Shown here: positions 28,563-38,538 of the stretch, piece by piece
How the letters are laid out: every line of letters begins with the position of its first letter
Numbering within the stretch: position 1 is the stretch's first letter
Translations under genes and position numbers: made by a program
From: Nanobdellota archaeon
GTDB taxonomy: Archaea; Nanobdellota; Nanobdellia; Pacearchaeales; GW2011-AR1
DNA length: 64,000 bases
Direction: 5' to 3'
NCBI GenBank assembly: GCA_038046245.1
Contig: JBBSWO010000003.1
Span: forward strand, 118,959 to 182,958
Notes under the pieces: generated by a model
What the model was told of the DNA's origin: nothing
What the model saw: the letters and a program-made list of their open reading frames with translations, nothing else
Database searches by the model: none

Positions 28563-29474
28563 TTATTTTTTTATTTTCAGTGTGACTTCGTTATTGTCTT
28601 TTTTCAATTCATCAAAATTTGTTTTCACAAAAAATCTCAGTTGCTCAGTATTGAACTGGCCTATCCATATGTTCTTCAGGCTTATAACTATCCCGTGCCC
28701 TATTCCCAACGGATCGAGATTGACTTCTTTCACAAGACCGCCATCAGCATAAATCTGCACTATCGCTGCAGGAGATTCCTCAAATCCGTTGTTTCTTATG
28801 CTCATGTTTGCATCAAGATATTTGCCTTTCATTATTGCAGAGACACTCTCAAATGTTATATCAGGGTAGGAAGGGATTGAATAAAGATTATCTATAAGGT
28901 CTATGGTGTAGTTCTGTATTTCCTGATTGCAGTTGCTTATTGGATACATTATATCATCTGGATTAGTCGTATGATTGAATCCTAACGCGTGCAAAAGTTC
29001 GTGGACACCAACATTTGGATTTTTGCACTGTGATTCTCTTATCAAAAGAACTGTTCCTTTGCTTATGACATTAAATTCTCCAGCCTTTGTTATGTTAGTA
29101 GGCCCACCTTCACCAGCTATAAAGAATCCGCCTTCAATCTTAGAACGGCTATCACATGTTATTGATATTTCTTCGTTTGCAGCAACAGGGTAAAACCTTA
29201 AGACAGTTTTTTCCTGCAATAAGTTCAATGCTCTTACAGCTTCATCCCTCTTTGCTATGCTGCAGTCCCCTATATTATAAGAAATGGCTGATTCAGGATA
29301 TCTCATGTTCTCATAAAACTGCAGATCTTTTATCTGCCCCAGCTGGAAAGATTTACTAGAAGATTCTGATTGCGGGGTAAACTCCGTGCTTGACAAAGGA
29401 AAAAACCAATAAAAAAATAATAAAAAAAAAGTAAGTATCACAAAAATCAGGCCAAAAGTGATTTTCCATCCCAT
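28563..29474 (-). CDS. Secreted zinc metalloprotease of the metzincin type (HExxHxxGxxH)
   Basis: VHELLHALGFNH motif. N-terminal TM/signal. Confidence 0.75.
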   Translation of the reverse strand: MGWKITFGLIFVILTFFLLFFYWFFPLSSTEFTPQSESSSKSFQLGQIKDLQFYENMRYPESAISYNIGDCSIAKRDEAVRALNLLQEKTVLRFYPVAANEEISITCDSRSKIEGGFFIAGEGGPTNITKAGEFNVISKGTVLLIRESQCKNPNVGVHELLHALGFNHTTNPDDIMYPISNCNQEIQNYTIDLIDNLYSIPSYPDITFESVSAIMKGKYLDANMSIRNNGFEESPAAIVQIYADGGLVKEVNLDPLGIGHGIVISLKNIWIGQFNTEQLRFFVKTNFDELKKDNNEVTLKIKK

Positions 29475-29531
29475 AAGAACAAAAAAACACCCGATTATAT
29501 AAACTTAATGAAATAAAAAAATAAAAACAAA

Positions 29532-29672
29532 TTAATATTCTTCGTCTTCTGCTACAGGCTCTTTTCCTTCTTCCTCATCTTCGTCATCTTCTAAGTCATC
29601 AAGGTCATCTTCTTCATCAGAAGAGTCTTCGTCTTCTTCTATTTCCGGTTTCTTTTTCATTTTTTGTCCCAT
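29532..29672 (-). CDS. Unannotated small highly acidic ORF (46 aa, MGQKMKKKPEIEEDEDSSDEEDDLDDLEDDEDEEEGKEPVAEDEEY)
   Basis: Manual translation. Below the ORF-track length cutoff. Confidence 0.35.
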   Translation of the reverse strand: MGQKMKKKPEIEEDEDSSDEEDDLDDLEDDEDEEEGKEPVAEDEEY

Positions 29673-29769
29673 TTTATTTAGGTAAAAATACAAGGTTTAT
29701 TCCTCTTTTAAAACTTTTCGGTCGGAGTTTACCACTGGAATATGCAGGATAAAGTTTTTATACTCTTTT

Positions 29770-30720
29770 TTATTCAACCAAATTTTCTTTTTTTATGAAC
29801 TCAAAAGCCGAATAAGCGGCAGTGCATCCATCTGCAACTCCTGTAATAAGCTGCTTGAAATGTTTGTCAGTCACATCTCCCGCAGCAAAAATTCCCAGGA
29901 CATTTGTTTCTGAAGTTGCATGATTTATCACAATCTCTTTTTTACTGTTAAGTTTGACTCCCGACTTGTCTGCTAATTCTGAAAGGACCTCATGACCTAT
30001 TGCAACAAAGACCCCTTCTAGTTCAATTTTGTTTTTTCCGTTCAAGAGCTTGTCCAAAATGACTTCACCAACTCCAGAATCATTACCTTTTATCTCAGTT
30101 ATATTTGTTTTAGTAACCACTTCTATTTTCTTGTTCGCTTTGATCTTCTGGAGATTTATCGGTTCGGGCTTTATGTTTTCTCCTCTGTATATTATGTAGA
30201 CTTTTTTCGCATGTTCAGCAAGTATTAGTGCATCTTTCGCAGCACTGTCTCCTCCTCCAACAACAGCGACAATCTTTCCCTTGTAAAGAGGCCCGTCGCA
30301 TAAAGCACAATAATTGACTCCTCTGCCTTCAAATTCTTTTGCCCCTTTAACATCAAGCTTTTTCCATTTCGTCCCGGTTGCAAACAAGATTGTTCTAGAA
30401 CTATATTCAGATTTACCTGTCTTCAAAATGAAAAGATTTCCTTTTTTCCTTACTTCTATAACTTTTTCATTTTTTATACTAACTTCCTTATACTCTTTGG
30501 CATGCTCTTCTATTTTTTTGGCAAGGTCAAACCCTGAAATGCTCTTGAACCCAGGATAGTTTTCAACAAGATTTGTAGTAGTGATGACGCCACCTACAGC
30601 CGCCTCCGAACCATGAGTGCTTCCAAAAACAATTGTCTTTAGGCCAAGTCTTGCGCCGTACATCGCTGCGGCTAGCCCAGTTCCCCCTGCCCCAATTATT
30701 GCAAAATCATATGATTCCAT
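29770..30720 (-). CDS. trxB: Thioredoxin reductase-like FAD/NAD(P)-dependent disulfide oxidoreductase
   Basis: FAD motif IIGAGGTGLAAA. Redox-active CALCDG. NAD motif VVGGGDSAAKDA. Confidence 0.85.
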   Translation of the reverse strand: MESYDFAIIGAGGTGLAAAMYGARLGLKTIVFGSTHGSEAAVGGVITTTNLVENYPGFKSISGFDLAKKIEEHAKEYKEVSIKNEKVIEVRKKGNLFILKTGKSEYSSRTILFATGTKWKKLDVKGAKEFEGRGVNYCALCDGPLYKGKIVAVVGGGDSAAKDALILAEHAKKVYIIYRGENIKPEPINLQKIKANKKIEVVTKTNITEIKGNDSGVGEVILDKLLNGKNKIELEGVFVAIGHEVLSELADKSGVKLNSKKEIVINHATSETNVLGIFAAGDVTDKHFKQLITGVADGCTAAYSAFEFIKKENLVE

Positions 30721-30764
30721 TTGTTATACACAAAGTCAATGTTTGATTAAATACTTTTCCCAAA

Positions 30765-31220
30765 CTACAGCTCTTTTCCCGTCTTCGTATAAAGCAGATA
30801 ACGGTAAATGTTCATGAATGTTACAAAAAGACAGAAAGCTATAAGCTGTGAAAAAACAACAGAAGTGAAAACCCTATGGTCCAGCCTTATGAAATGTCTT
30901 GATAAAAAGAATATTGTAGGATAATAAAACAGAACAGAGACTAGAAAGGCTACTGGAGTGAAATAAAGTACATCATTGGCAAAATTTTTCACTGAATATC
31001 TTCTTGTCTTGTTTTTGTCGTATACTCTTGTCACAATCCAGAGAACAGCAGAGCCGAAAATTCCTCCAAGAACAGCGGAAGCAGATATTGTGCTCACGTT
31101 ATGGGAAAACCTAGACACTAAAAAAGCGAACAAAGGGGTCCCAAGAGTCGCCCCTACCTCTGCGAAAAAAAGTTCTTTATTGAAGTCTATAAACGATCTG
31201 TCCTGAAAAATGCCTGCCAT
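30765..31220 (-). CDS. Membrane protein (4 TM), hypothetical
   Basis: Hydrophobicity. Confidence 0.45.
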   Translation of the reverse strand: MAGIFQDRSFIDFNKELFFAEVGATLGTPLFAFLVSRFSHNVSTISASAVLGGIFGSAVLWIVTRVYDKNKTRRYSVKNFANDVLYFTPVAFLVSVLFYYPTIFFLSRHFIRLDHRVFTSVVFSQLIAFCLFVTFMNIYRYLLYTKTGKEL

Positions 31221-31273
31221 AATGTTAAAACGAAAAATGCATATATAACCTTTATTATTTAATTTACAAAAAA

Positions 31274-31546
31274 TTATTCAATGCCGTAAGCCTCAGAGAA
31301 TATCTTTATTTTGTTATACTCTTCCAAGAATGCCGTCCCCTTAGGAGTTATATTGTAAATTTTTTTCCCGCTTTCCTTGTTCTCGGTTATCAATTGATTT
31401 TTTGTGAGATTCTCTATGTAACTCTTTATGCTGTTGTTCGAAAGATTCGCTTTGTAAATTAAATGTGTGATCTTAGCTTTTTTCCCTGACTTTAGAATTT
31501 CCAACAAATCTTTTGTTACTTCCAGCTTTGTCCTTTTTTTTGCCAT
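31274..31546 (-). CDS. Small winged-helix DNA-binding protein
   Basis: 90 aa, basic N-terminus, HTH-like segment. Confidence 0.5.
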   Translation of the reverse strand: MAKKRTKLEVTKDLLEILKSGKKAKITHLIYKANLSNNSIKSYIENLTKNQLITENKESGKKIYNITPKGTAFLEEYNKIKIFSEAYGIE

Positions 31547-32324
31547 TTTTTATTGTTAGATGGGTTATTAAGATTATAGAAAATCCGACAAGCAACAATA
31601 ATTCATCAGCCAAATACATTAGCGGAGTGATGTCATCAAATAACCCAACGAAATTGCTTATGAGTATGAGTATGAATGCTATGAGTATTTTAAGACTGTT
31701 GGAGCTTTTTGTTTCTCTATAATTGTGATAAAAGTGTGAAAGTAAAAACAAGATGATTATGAAAAGAGCGAGATGGAATACGGAATAGAAATAAATGCTG
31801 AAGACTATTGTAAACACGGACAAATACAAAAATCCGACCATGCCTTCTTTGCTTTCTATCCTTGAAGTTGCCAGCAGCAATGTCAAAAATCCCAATATTA
31901 AGAGAGAACAGTAAGTCGTAAAAACCACAAAATAAAAGACCTGCATCCTTGCAAGCTGTTCAGCAATAAACGCAAAAAAGTGCGTCTGCCTTATTACTGC
32001 ATAATAATAGGAGGTAAGATTCGTCAGAATCTTGAATATGAAAGCAACTCCGATAGTGAGAAATGCCCAAGAAAAGATTCTATAATTTTTTTCTTTAGTG
32101 ATTGAATATATCCTGCTGCTTTGGGTGGCAACTAAAAAGCATGTCAGCACAATGAGCAAATCAATAAGAGAATCAGCCCCGTAGAAGTTACCGAGAGAGA
32201 TGTTAAATGGCATGCAAAAAAAACACGTTTTTTCTTTATAAGCCTTATGAATTTCTCTTCTGAACCGCCAATACCGATCTTCCCTTCGTGTTTGATTTAA
32301 AAAGGAAAAACTTGAATCTGACAT
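31473..32324 (-). CDS. Polytopic membrane protein, hypothetical
   Basis: About 7 TM. 3' overlap with the downstream gene. Confidence 0.5.
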   Translation of the reverse strand: MSDSSFSFLNQTRREDRYWRFRREIHKAYKEKTCFFCMPFNISLGNFYGADSLIDLLIVLTCFLVATQSSRIYSITKEKNYRIFSWAFLTIGVAFIFKILTNLTSYYYAVIRQTHFFAFIAEQLARMQVFYFVVFTTYCSLLILGFLTLLLATSRIESKEGMVGFLYLSVFTIVFSIYFYSVFHLALFIIILFLLSHFYHNYRETKSSNSLKILIAFILILISNFVGLFDDITPLMYLADELLLLVGFSIILITHLTIKNGKKKDKAGSNKRFVGNSKVREKS

Positions 32325-32513
32325 GACAAAAAAACTGATTGAACCGGAAGAGGTTCGACTTCTCAGAGAAGAATTCCTTAGTCAGGAAGAGCTTTTTTTA
32401 TTGAAGTTTATGAACAGCTTCGACAGAAAGGCGCACAAAGAATGGGCTGAAAAAGGACTCTGGGAATCTGCAACCGCAGCTTACTAATCTTTCTTTTTAT
32501 TTTTTATTTTATC

Positions 32514-33860
32514 TTACCAACTTTTTCTTCTTGAATCTCTACCGCCGCTGGATCTTCCAAATCTATTTCCCCCGCCACTCCTGCCTTCAGAATATCTGCT
32601 GCCTTGAGAAGAACGTCCTCTTTGCGGACCTCTGTTATCTCGACTACCAAATCTGCTCCCAGAAGATCTGCCGCCGAAATTTCCTCTGCCTCCAAAAGAA
32701 TTTCCTCCTCTGAAACTTCGTTCTTTAGAAACCGCGAAATCAACTCTTAAAGGTTCAAGCTCTGGCAATGGTTCGTTTTTTATTTCCATCTCTTCATTAT
32801 TTATAACACTCCTGAAATTCTCGTAATCATAAGGTGAAACAAGACTTACTGCAATCCCTTCTTTTCCTGCTCTTGCTGTCCTTCCAATTCTGTGAATGTA
32901 GTCTTTACTCGTTTTTGGAGAATCGTAATTGTAAACGTGGGAAATATCTTTTATATCCAAACCTCTTGCGGCAACATCTGTGCAGATTAGTATCAAAGCT
33001 TCTTTAGAATGAAAAGATTGCATTATCGCATTTCTTTTATTCTGAGGCAAGCCGCCATGTATCGAAAGAGCGTGGAGATCATATCTTTTAAGATTCGAGG
33101 CAACCATATCAGTGTTTCTTCTTGTATTGCAAAAAACCATTACAAATCCTGACCTTTCTTTTTTCAGTAAATAAACAAGCAATGAGAATTTCAAATTCTG
33201 CGGGACATCATAATACACCTGTTTCAGTTTTGAAGAATCAACATAATTCTCAACCTCAACATAGACAGGATTTTTCAGGTACCTCTTTGCAAGGAACTCT
33301 ATGTCTTTTGATATTGTCGCAGAAAACAGCAAAGTTTGTCTTTGCTTTGGGCATTCATTGATTATTCTTTGAACATCCTCTATGAACCCCATCTCAAGCA
33401 TCTTGTCAGCTTCGTCCAAAATTAAAAATTTTACCTTGTCCAGGTGCAGTGTCCTCCTGCCCAAATGATCCAAAATTCTTCCAGGAGTTCCTACAACTAT
33501 CTCTGCTCTCCTCAAAGCCTGAACTTGTGGCCCCATCGAAACACCGCCATAAATTTCGTTTATGTTTAGCCCATAATATCTTGATAAAACTTTCAGATGC
33601 TGTGCGACCTGTTCTGCCAATTCCCTTGTAGGAGTTAGAATAAGTGCCTGAATCCCTTCATTTTTCTTTATTCTCTCTATTATCCCTGCACCAAAAGCAA
33701 GCGTCTTTCCCGAGCCTGTTGAAGAGCTTCCAATTAGATCCTTTCCTTCAAGTATAAGGGGTATTGCTTTCTTCTGTATCTCGCTCGGCTCATGAAAGCC
33801 AACATCATGTAATGCTTTCAAAATATCTTCGCTTAATTTTAACTGTCTGAATTTTTCCAT
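32514..33860 (-). CDS. DEAD-box ATP-dependent RNA helicase with a C-terminal Gly/Arg-rich (RGG-like) tail
   Basis: Q-motif, AxTGSGKT, PTRELA, DEAD, SAT, HRIGRTARAG. The tail is GGRGNFGGRSSGSRFGSRDNRGPQRGR... Confidence 0.9.
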   Translation of the reverse strand: MEKFRQLKLSEDILKALHDVGFHEPSEIQKKAIPLILEGKDLIGSSSTGSGKTLAFGAGIIERIKKNEGIQALILTPTRELAEQVAQHLKVLSRYYGLNINEIYGGVSMGPQVQALRRAEIVVGTPGRILDHLGRRTLHLDKVKFLILDEADKMLEMGFIEDVQRIINECPKQRQTLLFSATISKDIEFLAKRYLKNPVYVEVENYVDSSKLKQVYYDVPQNLKFSLLVYLLKKERSGFVMVFCNTRRNTDMVASNLKRYDLHALSIHGGLPQNKRNAIMQSFHSKEALILICTDVAARGLDIKDISHVYNYDSPKTSKDYIHRIGRTARAGKEGIAVSLVSPYDYENFRSVINNEEMEIKNEPLPELEPLRVDFAVSKERSFRGGNSFGGRGNFGGRSSGSRFGSRDNRGPQRGRSSQGSRYSEGRSGGGNRFGRSSGGRDSRRKSW

Positions 33861-33984
33861 GTTAATCTATATGAAAAGAAAATTATGAGGGTATTTAAAG
33901 TATGACGTTTCCATGCTTTCCAAAATAACTTCGTGTTTCTGAGAAGTATAATTAAATTTTATAAAATATTTTAAACCAAATCCC

Positions 33985-34284
33985 TTAAGCAGCGGTCTTT
34001 GAGGCTTTTGTAGCACCAGGATAACATCCGTTCACACATTCATTAAAATAACCCCAGCAATCACATTTAATCTCTTTTCCAGATTCGTCATAACAAGTAA
34101 TGCTTGGGCAATGTTCAGATATATCATAGCATCCAGAAAGACATGACGCAGCAACATTTCCCGAAAGGACTGGCTTGCCAAAAATCAAAAAGATAATCCA
34201 AAGAATTCCAGCAACAATGACTATAATTGCGGCTATTTTGTATATTAAATCCCAATTAACCTTCTTTTTAGCCATGATATACAA
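33985..34284 (-). CDS. Small N-terminally anchored Cys-rich protein (10 Cys in about 60 aa)
   Basis: TM, then a Cys-rich ectodomain. Confidence 0.45.
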   Translation of the reverse strand: MYIMAKKKVNWDLIYKIAAIIVIVAGILWIIFLIFGKPVLSGNVAASCLSGCYDISEHCPSITCYDESGKEIKCDCWGYFNECVNGCYPGATKASKTAA

Positions 34285-34315
34285 TATGAATTAATGTTTA
34301 TAAAATGTTTGAATT

Positions 34316-34477
34316 TTATATCTGCCCTGTCTGTGTAAACTTCTTCATTGCCTGTTCAAGAATGACTTGCGGTGCAAATCCCTTTCTGCTGCAGGCTTTG
34401 ACAAAATCGTCATAAACAGCTTGATCAACATTATAATCCAACTTTCTTTTCTTTGCTCCAGGTGGTGTTGCTGCCAT
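34316..34477 (-). CDS. Unannotated small ribbon-helix-helix (CopG-like) protein, 53 aa
   Basis: Manual translation MAATPPGAKKRKLDYNVDQAVYDDFVKACSRKGFAPQVILEQAMKKFTQTGQI. Basic N-terminus, beta-strand, then two helices. Confidence 0.45.
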   Translation of the reverse strand: MAATPPGAKKRKLDYNVDQAVYDDFVKACSRKGFAPQVILEQAMKKFTQTGQI

Positions 34478-34553
34478 AAGCTATAGAAATATTTTTGGTT
34501 TATAAATTTTGGGTAAAAATATTAATATCAAAAAAATAAAGTTTAGAAAAAAT

Positions 34554-34994
34554 TTATTCTTGGACAACTAAAGTGCCGGTCATTTCTCTGTGCCCGCCAC
34601 CGCAAAATGTTGGACAATGGAACGTAAACGTCCCTGCTTTGTCTGCTATAAACTCAACCCCATCAACACCTGTGACATTATAATCTGGTATTGCAATTCC
34701 ATGAGTTGTGTCTATGTTGTTCATCACTATTTTGACCCGGTCGCCTTTCTTTACAGTGATAGTGCTTGGGGTATATTCAAATCTTTGAGCGTCAAGAGTT
34801 ATAACTTTATTTTGAGCACTATTCCCAGCAGTTACGGTATTTGAGTCAGTCGCAGCATTGCTGCTTCCCCCATTCGTATTTGTTCCAGGCAGATCAGATG
34901 AACTGCTTGAATTGCTCGGTTTATTGAAAACCAAAAACCCAACTACGGCAATGACAACAATTGCGATCAAAACAACCGTAATTCTTTTGTTCAT
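34554..34994 (-). CDS. Membrane-anchored cupredoxin-domain protein with a CuA-like ligand pattern
   Basis: H...HCPTFCGGGHREM matches Cx3CGx2Hx2M. N-terminal TM plus a Ser/Thr/Asn-rich linker. Confidence 0.65.
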   Translation of the reverse strand: MNKRITVVLIAIVVIAVVGFLVFNKPSNSSSSSDLPGTNTNGGSSNAATDSNTVTAGNSAQNKVITLDAQRFEYTPSTITVKKGDRVKIVMNNIDTTHGIAIPDYNVTGVDGVEFIADKAGTFTFHCPTFCGGGHREMTGTLVVQE

Positions 34995-35096
34995 TTATGT
35001 TTTACCTCCTTATATTAGATGAATATGGAATCTAAGACTCCATTGTTCTGTTTTAAACCTGATTTCAATTTAAAAGCTTTATGAATTTTGAAAATT

Positions 35097-35423
35097 TTAT
35101 AATAACTTCAGCGTAATAAGAAATAGGAAAGCAACAATCGTTAAAGCCATAAGAATTCCTAGAGTGTAAATAATCAAATACAAAGCTTCTCTTTTCTTGC
35201 CGTCAAGATACCACATGACTGGCCTTCCAAAAACCAAAAATCCTGTGAGTGCTGCCGAGAAAACAAAAAGCATAAGCATCGAGATTGGAATGAAAACGGA
35301 ATCATTTGCTGTGCCAAAAGAACCTTTCCCTCCAAGATACATCAAAGTTGCAATGGTGGCAACATAAACAGAAGTCGCAAATGCATTGATTATTGCGTGT
35401 TTGAATATGTTTGACCTTTCCAT
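35097..35423 (-). CDS. Small 3-TM membrane protein
   Basis: Hydrophobicity. Confidence 0.4.
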   Translation of the reverse strand: MERSNIFKHAIINAFATSVYVATIATLMYLGGKGSFGTANDSVFIPISMLMLFVFSAALTGFLVFGRPVMWYLDGKKREALYLIIYTLGILMALTIVAFLFLITLKLL

Positions 35424-35507
35424 TTTCCTACAATAAATTTTGGCTTAAAAACATTTAGGGAGTTAAGATATATTCCAATTATTAATACACACATTAAAAA
35501 AATTTAG

Positions 35508-35696
35508 TTAAGCCTTTTTGATTGTATGAGATATCACTGAAATTATGAATAGTATCACAAAGAATATTGCTAACCATTTTGCTATTGTGTACGAAACCCC
35601 TGAAATTAATCCAAATCCGAGTATTCCAGAAACTATAGCTATTACTAAAAATAATATTGCCCAAACCAACCAGCCTCCAACGCCTTTTTTGTTCAT
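35508..35696 (-). CDS. Small 2-TM membrane protein (62 aa)
   Basis: Hydrophobicity. Confidence 0.35.
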   Translation of the reverse strand: MNKKGVGGWLVWAILFLVIAIVSGILGFGLISGVSYTIAKWLAIFFVILFIISVISHTIKKA

Positions 35697-35751
35697 TTTT
35701 TCTCCGTAATTCTAAGGTGATTGGAGTATATATGTCTTTTTTGAACCAGAT

Positions 35752-36027
35752 TTACTTTTCAAACTTGCTTAGCTTCTGCATGCTTGAAAAAGGGAAAGGC
35801 CTCTTATTTGTTCCAAAAGTCAAATACCTTATGTATTTGTAAGTTTCAGTATTCCAATGTTCAGAAAACTCTGCCAGCCCTTTATTTCTCTTTCCAGAAA
35901 ATACAACGATGAACCAATTTATGATTGCAAGAGCAAAAATAAGATATCTCCAAACGGCCAGTATAATTCCTGAAATAATTGCAACTATTATTCTGAACCA
36001 TGCCTCTTTTCTTTCACTCATTGCCAT
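35752..36027 (-). CDS. Small 2-TM membrane protein
   Basis: Hydrophobicity. Confidence 0.4.
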   Translation of the reverse strand: MAMSERKEAWFRIIVAIISGIILAVWRYLIFALAIINWFIVVFSGKRNKGLAEFSEHWNTETYKYIRYLTFGTNKRPFPFSSMQKLSKFEK

Positions 36028-36104
36028 AAGAAACTAAGGATAAACTTACTTTTAAACATTATGCAATTAGGTAATCTTTTAAATCCGAATTACTTGATTA
36101 AATA

Positions 36105-36581
36105 ATGGAAGAAAAAGAGGGAGGCATAGCTAAAGAAATAAAGACTATGAAGTGGAAACAGCCCGACAGAATAATTGTTGCTTTGGTTTTAGGCTATGTT
36201 TTTTCGTGGTATCTCTTTAATGATATGTTCAACCTTATGTCAATAGACGGCATTAGAACAGCCGGGAATTTTTTTAATGGCCTGAATATTCCTGCAGCCA
36301 TTCCATTAGCATTCAGTTTCGTGATTATGATTTCCATTCTGTTGACATTCATAATAAGAAGCACAGATCAATCGGATCATAAAATCCTGAACACTGCAAT
36401 AGGAATATGGATTTACTTCGGAACTTTCTTGATGATGATATCTCTTACTTTGATGTTGGAAGGATTCGGCCCAACATACAAGGTTACTTGGATGCTCGGA
36501 ATGACAAGAAACGCGATTTATCATCTGGGGGTATTTCTGTTCCAGATTCCCGGAATAGTTTACTTTGCGTTGTTTAAGTGA
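36105..36581 (+). CDS. Membrane protein (4 TM), hypothetical
   Basis: Hydrophobicity. Confidence 0.45.
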   Translation: MEEKEGGIAKEIKTMKWKQPDRIIVALVLGYVFSWYLFNDMFNLMSIDGIRTAGNFFNGLNIPAAIPLAFSFVIMISILLTFIIRSTDQSDHKILNTAIGIWIYFGTFLMMISLTLMLEGFGPTYKVTWMLGMTRNAIYHLGVFLFQIPGIVYFALFK

Positions 36582-36588
36582 TGATACA

Positions 36589-37182
36589 TTAGGATTTTTT
36601 AACTTCTAAAATAGATGCTAGCCCTGAAAGTATCAAACTAAAAAGTTGTAAGATAGTGCTCCCAATAATGATATTAGATTTTGCATGCTCTTTTGAGGAA
36701 ATAAAATTTATATCATTTTGAACAGAATCATGCGCTTTGATTACAGAACCATTTCCTTCTGCTACCCTTTCATTCCAACTCATTAATCTCCATCTATCTA
36801 TAAATTCTAAAGGAGGTGGCTCTTCATTTGCAATCATGTACAGAGTTCCCAATGCTGCAACTTGATCATTTTCCTGTCTAGCTTGAAAATCTTTTATATA
36901 ATTTGAGTTTGAATTTATCTCCTTTAACAAGAATTCTGATTCTTTTGAATCATGAGCCCCCAATATATAAAGTTCGTAGTCATTCCTCTCTCTTAGCTTT
37001 TGATTAAGAATATTTTGTTTTAGATTTATTTCTTTATCAAGAGATGAAACCCACATACTTAACATTATAACTGAGGTTAGTATAAACATAGTTGCCAATA
37101 GGTATAAGATTATGACAGTTTTTTTAGAATCCATAATTTCTTTAAAATGTTCTTTTTTTGGTAAAAAGTGCTTTATACTCAT
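36589..37182 (-). CDS. N-terminally anchored hypothetical protein
   Basis: TM plus a coiled-coil-like region. Confidence 0.45.
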   Translation of the reverse strand: MSIKHFLPKKEHFKEIMDSKKTVIILYLLATMFILTSVIMLSMWVSSLDKEINLKQNILNQKLRERNDYELYILGAHDSKESEFLLKEINSNSNYIKDFQARQENDQVAALGTLYMIANEEPPPLEFIDRWRLMSWNERVAEGNGSVIKAHDSVQNDINFISSKEHAKSNIIIGSTILQLFSLILSGLASILEVKKS

Positions 37183-37231
37183 ACAAAAACCAAGAACAAC
37201 AACTATTTAAGAATAATGAGTGAGAGGAGTT

Positions 37232-38410
37232 TTATAGTCTCCCAACACATTCTTCATTTTCTGGATTAAAACTAACAATAAAATCATTTTTGCTCCATGA
37301 ATCTTGGCTTATCTTTATGCATTCATCATCTTTTTCAGAATCATATCTATAATCTGGAAAAATATAGCAATCTGTTCTGTCCTGATTACATAAAGCATAA
37401 ACTTTTGTCTCTGCATGAGCAAATTCTTTAAAAAAGATTTCTTGCCCTAAAGGGTTTGTAAATTTAACATTATAAAAATCTGCGGAAAAATTTCCACCAT
37501 TTCCATCTGGCAAAACAAAAAAATTAGTTAATCCCAGCTCTAAAGCTAAATCTCTTAACTCAGGATTTAATTGATTGTATATTATATTATTGTTTCCTAC
37601 AACCTGTATATTATTGTTTCCCTCAATTGTTTGGTTACTGTCTTGAGAACCAAGAATAAATGCAAGAATTAATCCTCCCACAACTAAGACAAACAATGGA
37701 GCAATTACATATTTCATTAAAGGATTCCAAGTTAAATTTATTTTTTTGTCAAATTCCTTTAAAATAAAATTATGTGTTTTTCTCATGTAATCTTCATACT
37801 CACCCCTCTTTTTTTTATCTATATTTAAATTTCCCTTAATTGTGTCATTTATCTCTTTTTTCTTTAAAGCCATTCCAAGTTTGTTTAATAATGACGAAGA
37901 AGGGTTATCCCTTTCAAGACAATCTCTTACAAAAGAAAGATTATAAAATGCGTACCATACAGAGACCTCTCTTTTATTCTCAAGAATATTTTTTTCTTCA
38001 AAATATATTTTTGTCAGGTCCTTTATTTTGTTATCATAAGACTCGTTAAGGATGTTTAAAATTTCTTCCAAGTTATAAAACAAACTTTCTACTAGTGGAG
38101 CAGTACTTTCATTTTTACCAGAGATATAACCTTCAAATTCCACCATTAACTTTTTAATTCTTTCATCTTTAATATCTCTTTTTTCCAATTCTTTTTTCAA
38201 TTTTAATAATGTTTTTCTCAATTCATTCGAGACAAGATCATAATCCTCACAATCTTTTTTGTGTAGTATATCAATTTCTAATTTAATTTTTGAGAATTTT
38301 TTATGAGTGATAGCATAATTTAAATATTTTTTTATCTCTAAATAAAAATTTTCATCTTTAGAATTAAGAACATCTTTGTAAAGGTTTTCTAGTTCTTTTG
38401 GAAAATCCAT
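37232..38410 (-). CDS. Hypothetical protein with an N-terminal coiled-coil region, a central TM and a C-terminal Cys-containing ectodomain
   Basis: ORF. TM at PLFVLVVGGLILAFILG. Confidence 0.5.
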   Translation of the reverse strand: MDFPKELENLYKDVLNSKDENFYLEIKKYLNYAITHKKFSKIKLEIDILHKKDCEDYDLVSNELRKTLLKLKKELEKRDIKDERIKKLMVEFEGYISGKNESTAPLVESLFYNLEEILNILNESYDNKIKDLTKIYFEEKNILENKREVSVWYAFYNLSFVRDCLERDNPSSSLLNKLGMALKKKEINDTIKGNLNIDKKKRGEYEDYMRKTHNFILKEFDKKINLTWNPLMKYVIAPLFVLVVGGLILAFILGSQDSNQTIEGNNNIQVVGNNNIIYNQLNPELRDLALELGLTNFFVLPDGNGGNFSADFYNVKFTNPLGQEIFFKEFAHAETKVYALCNQDRTDCYIFPDYRYDSEKDDECIKISQDSWSKNDFIVSFNPENEECVGRL

Positions 38411-38423
38411 TTTAAATCAATTA

Positions 38424-38495
38424 CGCCCGCACCGGGAGTCGAACCCGGATCGCATCCGCGACAGGGATGAGTCATAACCGCTAGACCATGCGAGC
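38424..38495 (-). tRNA. tRNA-Asp (GTC)
   Basis: Hand-folded. Acceptor GCTCGCA/TGCGGGC with discriminator G. Anticodon stem CATCC/GGATG with loop CTGTCGC. T-arm CCGGG-TTCGACT-CCCGG. Confidence 0.85.
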
Positions 38496-38538
38496 ACGAA
38501 TTAGAGAATTAATATCGCTTTAAAAAGATAACTGAAAG

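Noticed and set aside
32504-32743. ORF overlapping the C-terminal RGG tail of the DEAD-box helicase in another frame
   Set aside because: Frame artefact of low-complexity GGN/CGN repeats.
34554-34994. Calling the cupredoxin a cytochrome oxidase subunit II
   Set aside because: Only the CuA-like ligand spacing is present. There are no two N-terminal COX2 helices and no coxI neighbour, so it is kept as a generic cupredoxin.
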